A stretch of 27,049 nt of DNA. Source: a virus. Its lineage: Duplodnaviria; Caudoviricetes. This document shows positions 1-8,663 of this stretch, one piece after another (positions within the stretch are counted from its first letter, which is position 1; each line of letters begins with the position of its first letter). The stretch is taken from the IMG/VR virus record IMGVR_UViG_3300012943_000054, positions 1 through 27,049 of that record. One strand, written 5' to 3'. The notes below the pieces were generated by a model, which searched no databases, was not told where the DNA came from, and was given only the letters and a program-made list of their open reading frames with translations. The position numbers and the translations under genes were made by a program.

Positions 1-1
1 A

Positions 2-1594
2 CGTTGCTACGCTTATCAAAAGAACTTTCTATACAACCGTAAGCTGAAGCCTATCGTGATGCCTCAAGATCTTCCAGAAGATCAACGCATCCTTGAAAAA
101 GCTAACATGTCGAAGTCTATCTTCAACGTTGGCCATGATAAGGTCACGCTTGAAGTTCTTCCATGTACTCTCAAGGCCTGCAACGGTCCTCACGTTCCTC
201 TAGTTGTCGTCGATGAGATCGATACGGTTTCTGGCGAAGGTGTTAAGGCTTTCAAAGAAATCTCAGGTATGCTTGACTCTAAGGGTGGCAAGAAGGCCCT
301 TCGTGTAGGTATCTCGACTCGTAAGTCTCGCTACGGTTTGATGAACCAGAAGATCGAAGAGATGGAATCTGCGCCAGATAAGTCTCGCGCTGTCCGTCGT
401 TGGACTGCGTTTGAGTTCACTGAGCGTTGTCCTGATTCTCGTTCTGGAACAACTCCTACTGACTACTGGGTAAACCAAGACAAGATGGAAGTTCTCACTG
501 TTGACGAGTTCGCTAAGAAAGATCGTCAGAAGCAGAAGGAATATGTACAGCACACCGGGCTTGATAAGTGCGGCAAGTGCCCACTCTTTGCTATCTGCTT
601 GTCAGATGCTAAGAAGCAGACCTCTACCTCCCCAATGCTCAAGACCCTTGATGAACTTGTTCAAAAGGTTCGTTCTGAAGGTGCCGATTGGGCTCTAGCT
701 CAGCTTATGAACTTGAAGCCCTCTGTTGAAGGCATCATCTTCCGTGAGTTCGATGATAAGATCCATGTTAAAGATTGGAACCAAATGTGGCTCATCCTCA
801 CTGGGAAGGAATTCCCTGGTGAAGTAACCCACGACATCTTTGTCAAAAAATGTCACGAGATGCAGCTTCCATGCTACGCAGGTATCGACTGGGGTTTCTC
901 AGCGCCGAATACTGTGGTCTACTTCTTTGCAGACAAGAGAGATAACATCTTTATCGTCAAGTGCGATGGCATGACCTACATCTCTCAGCCAGCCTGGATT
1001 CACCATATTAAGACCAAGTACCATAATAAGTACCGCTGCCAACTCTATGTTCCTGATGCCGCTGACCAAGGTGCTATCCAGGAAATGCAGAAGTCTGGTC
1101 TCCCCGTGGCCAACATGACCGACAAGGGTCAGATCAACACAGGTATTCAGGTTATCAAGAAGTTCATGAAGACCCCAGGGTCTACCGATCCAAAGCTATT
1201 CTTAGCTAGAGAGACTTGTCAGCCCCTCATCAATGAGTTTACGCTCTACCATTATAAGACTGACGCCGCAGGCCTCGTCACTGACGATCCTGATACAGAG
1301 TTCGACCACTGGATCGATGCTTTCCGCTACCCAATGACCTTGTTGTTCGGTAAAACGAGCATCATCTTAGGTGGTGGTCTAGAGTTTGATTCGACTCAGG
1401 GCTTGCAAGATAAGGGTGGCAACTATACAAGAATGCCTACCCCTACTGAACACCTTCTAACTCAAGGTGTGAGAATGTCAGAAGCTGAACCGGATGTTTC
1501 TAAGTTGGGTAAGATAGGAAAAGCTTCCGATTTAGATGATCCAGGCGATGATGAAGGTTCCGGTAGCTCCGGGGGCTTCCTTTGGTCATTCTAA
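2..1594 (+). CDS. terL: Terminase large subunit (5'-truncated by window edge)
   Basis: The frame is open from position 2. It has a Walker B motif (VVVDEID), a coupling-motif-like ISTR, RNase H-like nuclease motifs GIDWG and DHWIDAFRY, and lies directly upstream of the portal gene. Confidence 0.93.
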   Translation, partial: RCYAYQKNFLYNRKLKPIVMPQDLPEDQRILEKANMSKSIFNVGHDKVTLEVLPCTLKACNGPHVPLVVVDEIDTVSGEGVKAFKEISGMLDSKGGKKALRVGISTRKSRYGLMNQKIEEMESAPDKSRAVRRWTAFEFTERCPDSRSGTTPTDYWVNQDKMEVLTVDEFAKKDRQKQKEYVQHTGLDKCGKCPLFAICLSDAKKQTSTSPMLKTLDELVQKVRSEGADWALAQLMNLKPSVEGIIFREFDDKIHVKDWNQMWLILTGKEFPGEVTHDIFVKKCHEMQLPCYAGIDWGFSAPNTVVYFFADKRDNIFIVKCDGMTYISQPAWIHHIKTKYHNKYRCQLYVPDAADQGAIQEMQKSGLPVANMTDKGQINTGIQVIKKFMKTPGSTDPKLFLARETCQPLINEFTLYHYKTDAAGLVTDDPDTEFDHWIDAFRYPMTLLFGKTSIILGGGLEFDSTQGLQDKGGNYTRMPTPTEHLLTQGVRMSEAEPDVSKLGKIGKASDLDDPGDDEGSGSSGGFLWSF

Positions 1595-1615
1595 TAAGTT
1601 AACTTAAGGTATAAT
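1595..1615 (+). promoter_or_regulatory. Putative phage promoter TAAGT-N8-GGTATAAT giving a leaderless portal mRNA
   Basis: TATAAT at 1610-1615 lies 6 nt before the portal ATG (1622) and there is no Shine-Dalgarno. It overlaps the palindrome TAAGTTAACTTA (1595-1606). Confidence 0.6.
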
Positions 1616-1621
1616 GCTGGT

Positions 1622-3589
1622 ATGGCCTTTTGGGATGACTGGTTAAGAAAAAGTGTTAAGAGTGAGATTGAGGAGCTGCTAAAAGCAGACGGCGTCTCTA
1701 TGCCTGAGGCCCCAACTCCAGCTGTCTCAGCTGATTCTTTGCCGGATAAGGCTGAAAAGGGACATGATGCTGACGGCCAGATTGGTCGTAAAGCAGTCAT
1801 CGACGATCCTTACTTTGACCTCATGGGTACTCAGGTCAACTTTAAGCATAAACTTACTCGTATCTCCAACAAGACCCTTAAAGATGTTTCTGTTCGCGAC
1901 TGGCTCATCTCTGCTATCATTCAATGTCGTGTAGATACACTGCTTCGCTTCTCTCGCCCTGAACATCGCAAGTTAGAACCTGGCTTCCGCATTGTCAAGA
2001 AAGATCACAATTCTCACTATACTGAAGAAGAGCGCAAGGAAATTGCAGCTATCGAAGACTTCATTTACAACTGTGGTCGTAAAGAGAAGACCCCTGGCGA
2101 TGACAAGATGCTGTTCGGCGAGTTCTTAAAACTCATTGGACGCGATGCTCTCACCTTCGGTCACACAGCTATTGAAAAAGTTAAGACCCGTGGCGGCGGA
2201 TTGCACAGATTCCGTCCATTGCCTGCCGAATCCGTATATCTCATCAACAAGAACATGAGCAAGAAGCAGATTGAGTCTGCAACTACTCCATCTTCTATGT
2301 TACAAGCTAAGAGTGATAATGATCCTAAGAAGGATCAAGTAGTGAATAGAGTCGACAACGACTACTACAAGTATGTTCAGATGTCTTATGACAATCGTCA
2401 GTTAGCTCAGTTCGGCGATGAGGACATGATCTTTAAGCTATTCAATCCTCAGAACTTCGCTGATTCTCAGGGCTATTGCTATTCTCCATTGGAGCTAGCG
2501 ATCATCAACGTCACCAACCACATGAACGTTGAGAACTACAACTCAAATTTCTTCACACATGGTTACGCTGCTCGTGGCGTCCTTCACTTGAAGGGCACTG
2601 TTACTCAGCAAGCTCTTGCTAACTTCCGTCGTACCTTTTATAACTCTATCTCTGGAACCCAGCACTCATGGAGAACCCCTATCGTAGCGGGTCTTGATGA
2701 AGTTCAATGGGTGCCAATGTCGGCCTCTGCTCGTGAGATGGAATACATCAACTTCAACAATCACCTCATGCGCATTCTTTGCGCTCAGTTCCAGATCGAC
2801 CCAATGGAACTTGGTTTGGACTATTTGATCAGCGGCACCGGCAAAGCTCCGATGCAGCAAGCTAACAACGAATATAAGATCGCCTACTCTCGCGAGCGTG
2901 GCCTTGTACCTCTCTTGATGTACGTTGAAGATTTGATCAACGGCGACGTCATTCCAGCTATTGATAAGGCCTTTGGTAACAAGTATAAGTTCTTGTTCAC
3001 TGGCTATACTGACGAGACCCCTCAGACCGAAATCGCACAGATGCAGGCTGAGATGACTGTCTACAAGTCTATGAACGACTTGTTGCAGCAGTCACAAAAG
3101 GATAAGATCAATGAGAAGGTCGCTGACCTTCCAATGAACCAAGCGTTCTGGGCATTGATCGAAAAGAACATGACCCGCGGAGAGATCCGTGAGAAGTTCT
3201 TCGGAGATGTAGGAGCAGCGTCTAGACGCGAACTTCAATACATCCCTGGCGACCAAGCCTTCTTGGCATGGCAGCAGCTCCTGGTGACAATGGATAACGT
3301 TAAGGACCAGAAGGAGCAGATGGCTCAGCAAGCTCAAGCTCAACAATCTGCAGAACAGATCAAGATGCAGCAAGAGGCTCAGAAGCATGCTCATGCTGAA
3401 GCGGGCCATAAGCGCGACGAAGAGAAACATAACATGGAGATGGAACAAGCCCATGCTAAGGCGGCTTCCGACGCTGTACAGATGGGTAATCCACTTCGTG
3501 ATTCCGCTAAGGAATTTGGAGCTGCTAAGGCTTCTAACGTAGGTGGCAAGGTTACCGCTAATCCGATTAACACAATCGGTGATGAGTAA
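1622..3589 (+). CDS. Portal protein
   Basis: 655 aa, between terL and the protease. Motifs include GYCYSPLE, NFFTHGYAARGVL, REMEY and ILCAQFQIDPMELG, typical of HK97/SPO1-type portals. It has a Q/H/E-rich C-terminal tail. Confidence 0.92.
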   Translation: MAFWDDWLRKSVKSEIEELLKADGVSMPEAPTPAVSADSLPDKAEKGHDADGQIGRKAVIDDPYFDLMGTQVNFKHKLTRISNKTLKDVSVRDWLISAIIQCRVDTLLRFSRPEHRKLEPGFRIVKKDHNSHYTEEERKEIAAIEDFIYNCGRKEKTPGDDKMLFGEFLKLIGRDALTFGHTAIEKVKTRGGGLHRFRPLPAESVYLINKNMSKKQIESATTPSSMLQAKSDNDPKKDQVVNRVDNDYYKYVQMSYDNRQLAQFGDEDMIFKLFNPQNFADSQGYCYSPLELAIINVTNHMNVENYNSNFFTHGYAARGVLHLKGTVTQQALANFRRTFYNSISGTQHSWRTPIVAGLDEVQWVPMSASAREMEYINFNNHLMRILCAQFQIDPMELGLDYLISGTGKAPMQQANNEYKIAYSRERGLVPLLMYVEDLINGDVIPAIDKAFGNKYKFLFTGYTDETPQTEIAQMQAEMTVYKSMNDLLQQSQKDKINEKVADLPMNQAFWALIEKNMTRGEIREKFFGDVGAASRRELQYIPGDQAFLAWQQLLVTMDNVKDQKEQMAQQAQAQQSAEQIKMQQEAQKHAHAEAGHKRDEEKHNMEMEQAHAKAASDAVQMGNPLRDSAKEFGAAKASNVGGKVTANPINTIGDE

Positions 3590-3740
3590 TCTCTACGTCA
3601 TTGAAGGATCTGGGATAGTTGTTAATAGTGAATACTATGTTCGCTACATGGCTCTTCTCAAACTCCTATATAAACTTCAGATTATCTCTGAAGACCAAGT
3701 ATTAAAGATAGCTATTAAGTTCATTCCATTGTTTGTATAA
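3582..3740 (+). CDS. Small hypothetical protein (52 aa)
   Basis: The ATG overlaps the portal stop (ATGAGTAA), consistent with translational coupling. It fills an otherwise empty gap. Confidence 0.4.
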   Translation: MSNLYVIEGSGIVVNSEYYVRYMALLKLLYKLQIISEDQVLKIAIKFIPLFV

Positions 3741-3759
3741 TCATCTTGATTGACAATCA
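3734..3759 (+). promoter_or_regulatory. -10 box followed by palindrome (possible operator)
   Basis: TGTATAAT at 3734-3741, then the perfect inverted repeat TGATTG-A-CAATCA at 3747-3759, then a GGAG RBS before ATG 3772. Confidence 0.45.
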
Positions 3760-3771
3760 GGGTGGAGCAAT

Positions 3772-4590
3772 ATGGCATTAATCATTCTTGAAGGTTTAGA
3801 TAGGACTGGTAAGAGTTCTGTCGCCCAATATTTCCAAGACAAAGGATTCGAGTTAATCCACATGTCGGCCCCTGCTAAGGGGACTGCGCCCGATACTTAT
3901 ATGGGCGAAATGATCGATATGCTTACCGGTTTTGCCGGTAGGGACGTCGTACTAGACCGTTCTCATTACGGTGAACTCATCTGGCCAAACGTCTACGGAC
4001 GTGAACCTCTGCTCTCTGATGACGATATGGAAGCTCTTCGTGAGATCGAAGACTCTCTGCAAGTAAATCGCATCCTTATGCATGATCCCAACATTGAAGC
4101 CCATTGGAAACGTTGCGTTGATAACAAGGAGCCTTTGACCAAGGTTCAGTTCATCAAGGCCCGTAACTTATACAATGGCATGGCGGAAAAGTATGGATTC
4201 AATAAGAAGACTCTCGGGGATTTTCCAGAAGCCCTTGCACTCAGCAAACAGTCTACGCAGGATAGCTCGAAAGCAGAAGCTGCCCCACTTCAATCTGAAG
4301 GCGAACGCTCTGGTGAAGCTAGTAAGAGTTCTTCAGCTTCTGATTCTAGAACACCACAACAAATTAAGTTGGACCGCGCCAACGCAATCAACGAAGTCCT
4401 TGCCAAAAGAATAATCAAAGGTAAGGGTGGAGTTTACGATGAACTAGAACGTTCAGTTCGTGGCTTCTTGAATACTGAACTTGGTAAACTCTTCGGACAA
4501 ACTCAGCCTAACAAGACCGAGTTTTCTCCAGAAGAGGTACAACTACTTAAGTTTTTCTGTGAACGATTGAAATCTAAGGAGAATGAATAA
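3772..4590 (+). CDS. Thymidylate/dNMP kinase-like P-loop protein with C-terminal extension
   Basis: N-terminal IILEGLDRTGKS Walker A and VVLDRSHYGEL (the DR motif of the TMK family). About 120 extra C-terminal residues follow a Ser-rich linker. Confidence 0.75.
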   Translation: MALIILEGLDRTGKSSVAQYFQDKGFELIHMSAPAKGTAPDTYMGEMIDMLTGFAGRDVVLDRSHYGELIWPNVYGREPLLSDDDMEALREIEDSLQVNRILMHDPNIEAHWKRCVDNKEPLTKVQFIKARNLYNGMAEKYGFNKKTLGDFPEALALSKQSTQDSSKAEAAPLQSEGERSGEASKSSSASDSRTPQQIKLDRANAINEVLAKRIIKGKGGVYDELERSVRGFLNTELGKLFGQTQPNKTEFSPEEVQLLKFFCERLKSKENE

Positions 4591-5180
4591 TGAAAGGTTT
4601 TAGACAGCCAGCCCAGGATTCCCGCAAAGAACGCCTACGTGGTTTAGAAGCAGAGTTGAAGAATATTCAGATGGCTGGACGCATCAGTCAAATGATGACT
4701 CAGCAACTCATGCAGAACAATCAACGTATGCAACAGGACCTTGGTGCTGCCATGGGACTGATCAACGAACTTCAATACAAGATCCTCGCCGTGCAACGTG
4801 TGTCTGGTCTTGATAGTGCTCAGTTGGGAGCTATCGCCGACGAACTTCGCTTGAAGGATTTCAATGAGGCTTCTGATAAAGAAGATGTAGAGCAAGGTTT
4901 CACGGTGGGTACAGTTGTTGACGCTGAAAGCACTGTTATCCTTACCTCTAAGACTGAGAATACCGACAAGGGTATATTCCGCTCTAAGTTGAAGCTTGCT
5001 GAATGTGGCGTGCCAGATCTTATCAAAGCTTTCGAAGGTCGTGAAGTTGGCGCTAAGGCACTCGTTCAATTGAACGGTGCTGAGCATGAAGTTGAGCTTC
5101 TTGCTATTCGTCAACCGCCTAAAGCTGAAGCAGTTCCCCAAGCATCTGACGGCGGAGCTCCTACCGAAGGAAACGCGTGA
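4590..5180 (+). CDS. Coiled-coil plus GreA/GreB C-terminal (FKBP-like) domain protein
   Basis: The N-terminal half is heptad-like. The C-terminal PDLIKAFEGREVGAKALVQLNGAEHEVELLAI resembles the Gre/FKBP-like domain consensus. It has a TAATG overlap with the upstream gene and an AAGGAG RBS. Confidence 0.5.
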   Translation: MKGFRQPAQDSRKERLRGLEAELKNIQMAGRISQMMTQQLMQNNQRMQQDLGAAMGLINELQYKILAVQRVSGLDSAQLGAIADELRLKDFNEASDKEDVEQGFTVGTVVDAESTVILTSKTENTDKGIFRSKLKLAECGVPDLIKAFEGREVGAKALVQLNGAEHEVELLAIRQPPKAEAVPQASDGGAPTEGNA

Positions 5181-5593
5181 ACGATCAAGACGACAATAAG
5201 ATGGACAAGAGGTGCCCCAGAGCTCTGGAATGTATGCCAGATGCCTGGTGCCCTCTTGCTGTCATGAGACTCAAAGCTATTCGTACCGCTGGGCGTGAGC
5301 TCACTGAGGATGAAGAGTCTAAGCTTCCTGGTTGCCCTTGGGCCGTGAACCATCAATTAGCTAACTACTGTTTCTTCAAGTATATCAAAGAGTACGCTGC
5401 TGATAAGCCGCCTTCTGATGTCGAAATCGCTTCCTTAAACGGTATCTCGGTTGATACAGTTAAGAAGACCGAGAAACTAGCTCTGAATAAGATTAGAGAT
5501 ACAGAGCAGTTTAAGGACCTTAAAGAAGCTATGAATGGCGAAGCGGTTGTCGGTGACTCAAAGTCAGATGATGATTATAAGATTTACAGATAG
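5177..5593 (+). CDS. Cys-rich protein with sigma70 region 4-like HTH
   Basis: GTG start overlapping the upstream TGA. SDVEIASLNGISVDTVKKTEKLALNKIR resembles the sigma r4 consensus TLEEIG..LGISRERVRQIE..AL.KLR. Five Cys lie in the N-terminal part. Confidence 0.6.
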   Translation: MNDQDDNKMDKRCPRALECMPDAWCPLAVMRLKAIRTAGRELTEDEESKLPGCPWAVNHQLANYCFFKYIKEYAADKPPSDVEIASLNGISVDTVKKTEKLALNKIRDTEQFKDLKEAMNGEAVVGDSKSDDDYKIYR

Positions 5594-5679
5594 ACAACGT
5601 CGAGCTCTTTATGAGCTATTTGACTTACTTCATAAACTGGGCATAAACACCAGGCCCTTACCTCACTTAGAATAAAAAT

Positions 5680-5701
5680 TGACTTAGTTCCGCGGTATAA
5701 T
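5680..5701 (+). promoter_or_regulatory. Putative phage promoter TGACT-N9-GGTATAAT giving a near-leaderless protease mRNA
   Basis: GGTATAAT at 5694-5701 lies 8 nt before ATG 5710. The start context TGGTATGGCC is the same as for the portal gene. Confidence 0.6.
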
Positions 5702-5709
5702 CAAGTGGT

Positions 5710-7383
5710 ATGGCCAAGAAACCACTTGAGATTGATGCTTGCGCGGGCTCCCAGCTAAGGGACACCCAGGGAGAGATGCTCTCTGTAGAAGGGGCCGACA
5801 TTTCGGACCTTCAGGCTGGCAAAGGTCGTTGGAACGATAATCACGGTAAGGGGTTCTTTAACTCCATCGGCCGTATTACTGGAGCCAAGAAGATCTTCAA
5901 AGCTGAGGATTGTGATGACGATCGTCAACGCTATTATTGGGACAAGGTTAAAGCTCCTTATATCTACGTCAAGGGATACCTCTATTCCGACGAAGATCAT
6001 CCCAACGCTAAGGCTGCAGCAGCCATCCTAAGAAACATTCACAAGTCTGATACCCCTTTGAAGCTCAAAGCTTCAGTTGAAGGCGGTGTCCTATCGCGCG
6101 GTCTCGCTGATCCCGCCCTTCTTGCTCGTACTAAGATTCATTCTGTAGCGCTCACCTTTACTCCTGCAAACAATGCGACCCTTGTCGAGCCTCTATCGAT
6201 GGAAAAATCTCTCGACGAAGCTTCTGATATGCAGCTGATGAAAAGTGTTATGCACCTTGCCGAAACTAACATCCCTTCATTCCGACATATTGTCAGGGAT
6301 GCTTCTGCGGGACGTGTTCGTGCAAACCTGGAACGTATCGTTGATCTAATGAAGGGTGATGATTCTATCGACATCCCTACGAAACAAGAGATTTTGCAAT
6401 ACGCGTTAGAAGCAAAGATTCAATCTAATGTAGCTAAGATCCACGAGCTCGTCGAGACAATCCGCCATGAGAATATGGAAAAGGGATTGAAAGATGCAGT
6501 TCTCGGGGCAGCAATGTCTGGAGCAGCAGCATTGGCTCCAACGCAAGCTCATGCACCTGGTCCCGGCATAACTACGCCTCCTCCAGTTGTACAGCAGCAA
6601 TCTGATCTAGCCCGTATGCCTAAACAGCATCAGGAAGCTTATCAAGCGATTGCTAAAAAGAACCCTATTCTTGGCGCCATCGGCCAGATCGAATCAAGTG
6701 GTGGTCTGAACTACAAACATAAGACCATCGAACACGAAGGTATGCATCAGGGACAAACCGCAGGCGGTATGTTCGGTATGATGCCCAACGCAGCAGAGTA
6801 CATCTTGCGCAATGATCCAAAGCTTGCTGCTAAGTACCCTAAGTTAACTGAAGCTGCCAAGGATATGAAGACCAATCACGGGCTCTTCACTAAGACCTTC
6901 AATGAAAATCCTCAAGCTGCGATTGAGTTCGCAGATGCCCTATTAAGGCGCAATAAAGCTAAAACTAAAAACCCAGAAATGCTCATTCATTCATGGAATC
7001 ATGGGCTTAAGGGCACATGGGAGCGCTTCAAGAATGAAGGTCCTGAGGCAATAAAGAACGCTGAATACGTTCAAAACGTTATGAAGGCCCTTGGTAAACT
7101 CAAAGCCAAGCCAGCCGTCCAACCTAAAATAGCAGCTAAGAAGCAACCTATTAAGAAGGCGCTTACAGCAGGCTACGGTGGCGCTGGAGCCCCAACCTCT
7201 AGAGTTGGTGGCGGAGTTCTTCAAAGTGAAACCCTGGACGACGGTCGTAACTTCAAATATATAAGTTGTGATGGTTGTGGAAAAGAACAGATCTATGCTA
7301 AACACCAGGTGAAGTGTAGAGATTGTGGTAAAAGTTGGAGCCTTGACAAGTTGCATCAGGTGATGCTCGGTAAGTCAAGGTAA
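5710..7383 (+). CDS. Prohead protease fused to a lytic transglycosylase (SLT-like) domain, a capsid N-arm-like motif and a zinc ribbon
   Basis: Protease motifs RDTQGE, NDNHG (His), ASVEG (Ser) and VALTFTPAN. SLT motifs IGQIESSGG, AGGMFGMMP and HSWNHG. C-terminal CDGC...CRDC. Confidence 0.85.
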   Translation: MAKKPLEIDACAGSQLRDTQGEMLSVEGADISDLQAGKGRWNDNHGKGFFNSIGRITGAKKIFKAEDCDDDRQRYYWDKVKAPYIYVKGYLYSDEDHPNAKAAAAILRNIHKSDTPLKLKASVEGGVLSRGLADPALLARTKIHSVALTFTPANNATLVEPLSMEKSLDEASDMQLMKSVMHLAETNIPSFRHIVRDASAGRVRANLERIVDLMKGDDSIDIPTKQEILQYALEAKIQSNVAKIHELVETIRHENMEKGLKDAVLGAAMSGAAALAPTQAHAPGPGITTPPPVVQQQSDLARMPKQHQEAYQAIAKKNPILGAIGQIESSGGLNYKHKTIEHEGMHQGQTAGGMFGMMPNAAEYILRNDPKLAAKYPKLTEAAKDMKTNHGLFTKTFNENPQAAIEFADALLRRNKAKTKNPEMLIHSWNHGLKGTWERFKNEGPEAIKNAEYVQNVMKALGKLKAKPAVQPKIAAKKQPIKKALTAGYGGAGAPTSRVGGGVLQSETLDDGRNFKYISCDGCGKEQIYAKHQVKCRDCGKSWSLDKLHQVMLGKSR

Positions 7384-7406
7384 CATATAGGTATGGCATA
7401 CGTGTT

Positions 7407-7429
7407 TAAGTAAGCACGCATGGTATATT
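7407..7429 (+). promoter_or_regulatory. Putative promoter of the capsid operon (TAAGT-N10-GGTATATT)
   Basis: It matches the recurrent motif and lies in the 96-nt gap before the 7480-10109 operon. Confidence 0.5.
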
Positions 7430-7479
7430 AAGTACTATCGAGTTTAACACTCTATATAGAAGTTAAGGAGACTCTTAAA

Positions 7480-7878
7480 ATGGCAAATTCAAAACAGATT
7501 CTTGCAAAGATCGCACGCGACGCAGCGATGCTCGGATTGACTGTTAACTCTCAGACCGCTTCGGCTGTCGTGATTGAAAACGGTTCAAACGACCTCACTG
7601 TCAGCTACCTAGCTGCTTCGATCCAAGCTCCAATGGGCGGCGTTGATCCTGCGGTATCCCCATACCTCGGCATTGGCATCGCTAACCCAGGCAAAATCCA
7701 GATCAAGTCTGCAAGCACCGCAACGGACACCATCGCTGACGTTATCGACAGCCTTGTTGCTGCAAAAGTTCTCGCTCTCTGTGCTGGCTTTGCAAACGAT
7801 ATTCATCTCGAAAACAGCGACGCAACCTTCTCAGGAGACATCCGCGGTCACGCCGACCTCATCGGAATGGGTCAGTAA
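7480..7878 (+). CDS. Putative virion structural (head decoration/auxiliary) protein
   Basis: 132 aa, Ala/Ser/Ile-rich with a strong AAGGAG RBS. It is the first gene of the scaffold/MCP operon. The function is inferred from position only. Confidence 0.55.
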   Translation: MANSKQILAKIARDAAMLGLTVNSQTASAVVIENGSNDLTVSYLAASIQAPMGGVDPAVSPYLGIGIANPGKIQIKSASTATDTIADVIDSLVAAKVLALCAGFANDIHLENSDATFSGDIRGHADLIGMGQ

Positions 7879-7904
7879 TTAGGTCTATTTAACGAGGAGT
7901 TAAT

Positions 7905-8645
7905 ATGAAGGATGAACTAAGAAAATCCCTCACAGACCTGATTGACGAGACCTTGCTTGAGCTTGAAGAGCTTAAGAAGTCACGTTTCAGCGCTGCTGAG
8001 ATCAAGTTAGAAGGCCCTGGAGACGGCATCGGTGGAAAACCATCGAATGGCGATCTTCATGCTAAGGCCGAAGACAAGAAATGTCCAAAGTGCGGTAAGT
8101 CACCTTGCGAATGCGATGATGCTGAAAAGGCAGAAGGCAAGAACGAGGAAGCAGCTAAAGCAGAAGGCAAGAACGAAGAAGCCGCTAAAGCTGAAAAAGA
8201 CGAAGACAAGAAAGACGATAAAAAGTCTGACGAAAAAGAACCTCACAAAGACGATCCTAAGCACGAAGAGAAAGAAAAGGCTATGGCCCAAAAGCTTCTC
8301 GACATGCACAAAGGTGAATTAAAGAAATCCCAGGAAGAGTCTGAAGCTCTTCTTAAGAGCTTTGTTGAAGAGCGCGTTAAGCCTCTTGAAGACAAACTAT
8401 CTACGATCTTCGATCTCGTCAAACAGATTGCAGACCAACCAGTTCCTGCTAAAGGTGCTACGAGCCGCGCTCAACCGCTGATGAAATCAGCTGATGACGC
8501 TGGTGAGACGCTCTCGAAGTCGGAAGTTGCTTCTAAACTCTTTGAGTTGAAGAAGTCTGGCGCGAAAGTGGACAGCCTCGATATCACGAGAGCTGAAATG
8601 GGACAAGATCTTAACAAGATCGTTGAGAAATATAAGATTTCGTAA
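7905..8645 (+). CDS. Capsid scaffolding protein
   Basis: Highly charged and helical, immediately upstream of the MCP. It has many LxKS/xKAE motifs and a CPKCGKSPCEC cluster. Confidence 0.75.
   Translation: MKDELRKSLTDLIDETLLELEELKKSRFSAAEIKLEGPGDGIGGKPSNGDLHAKAEDKKCPKCGKSPCECDDAEKAEGKNEEAAKAEGKNEEAAKAEKDEDKKDDKKSDEKEPHKDDPKHEEKEKAMAQKLLDMHKGELKKSQEESEALLKSFVEERVKPLEDKLSTIFDLVKQIADQPVPAKGATSRAQPLMKSADDAGETLSKSEVASKLFELKKSGAKVDSLDITRAEMGQDLNKIVEKYKIS
8127..8186 (+). repeat. 30-nt tandem duplication encoding KAEGKNEEAA x2
   Basis: Two adjacent copies (8127-8156 and 8157-8186) differ only at synonymous positions. Confidence 0.85.
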
Positions 8646-8663
8646 TCAAAGGAGAGAACGAAA

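Noticed and set aside
420-640. Cys-rich segment in the terminase as an intein or intron
   Set aside because: There are no intein splice motifs (C...HN) or homing endonuclease and the frame is uninterrupted. It is more likely a zinc-binding insertion.
5594-5680. Possible tRNA/ncRNA in intergenic gaps (also 7384-7479, 25817-25873)
   Set aside because: The gaps are short and show only small hairpins, with no cloverleaf or recognisable RNA family.
5679-5701. TTGACT...TATAAT as a canonical sigma70 promoter
   Set aside because: The spacer is only 11 nt rather than about 17, so it was treated as part of the short-spacer motif.
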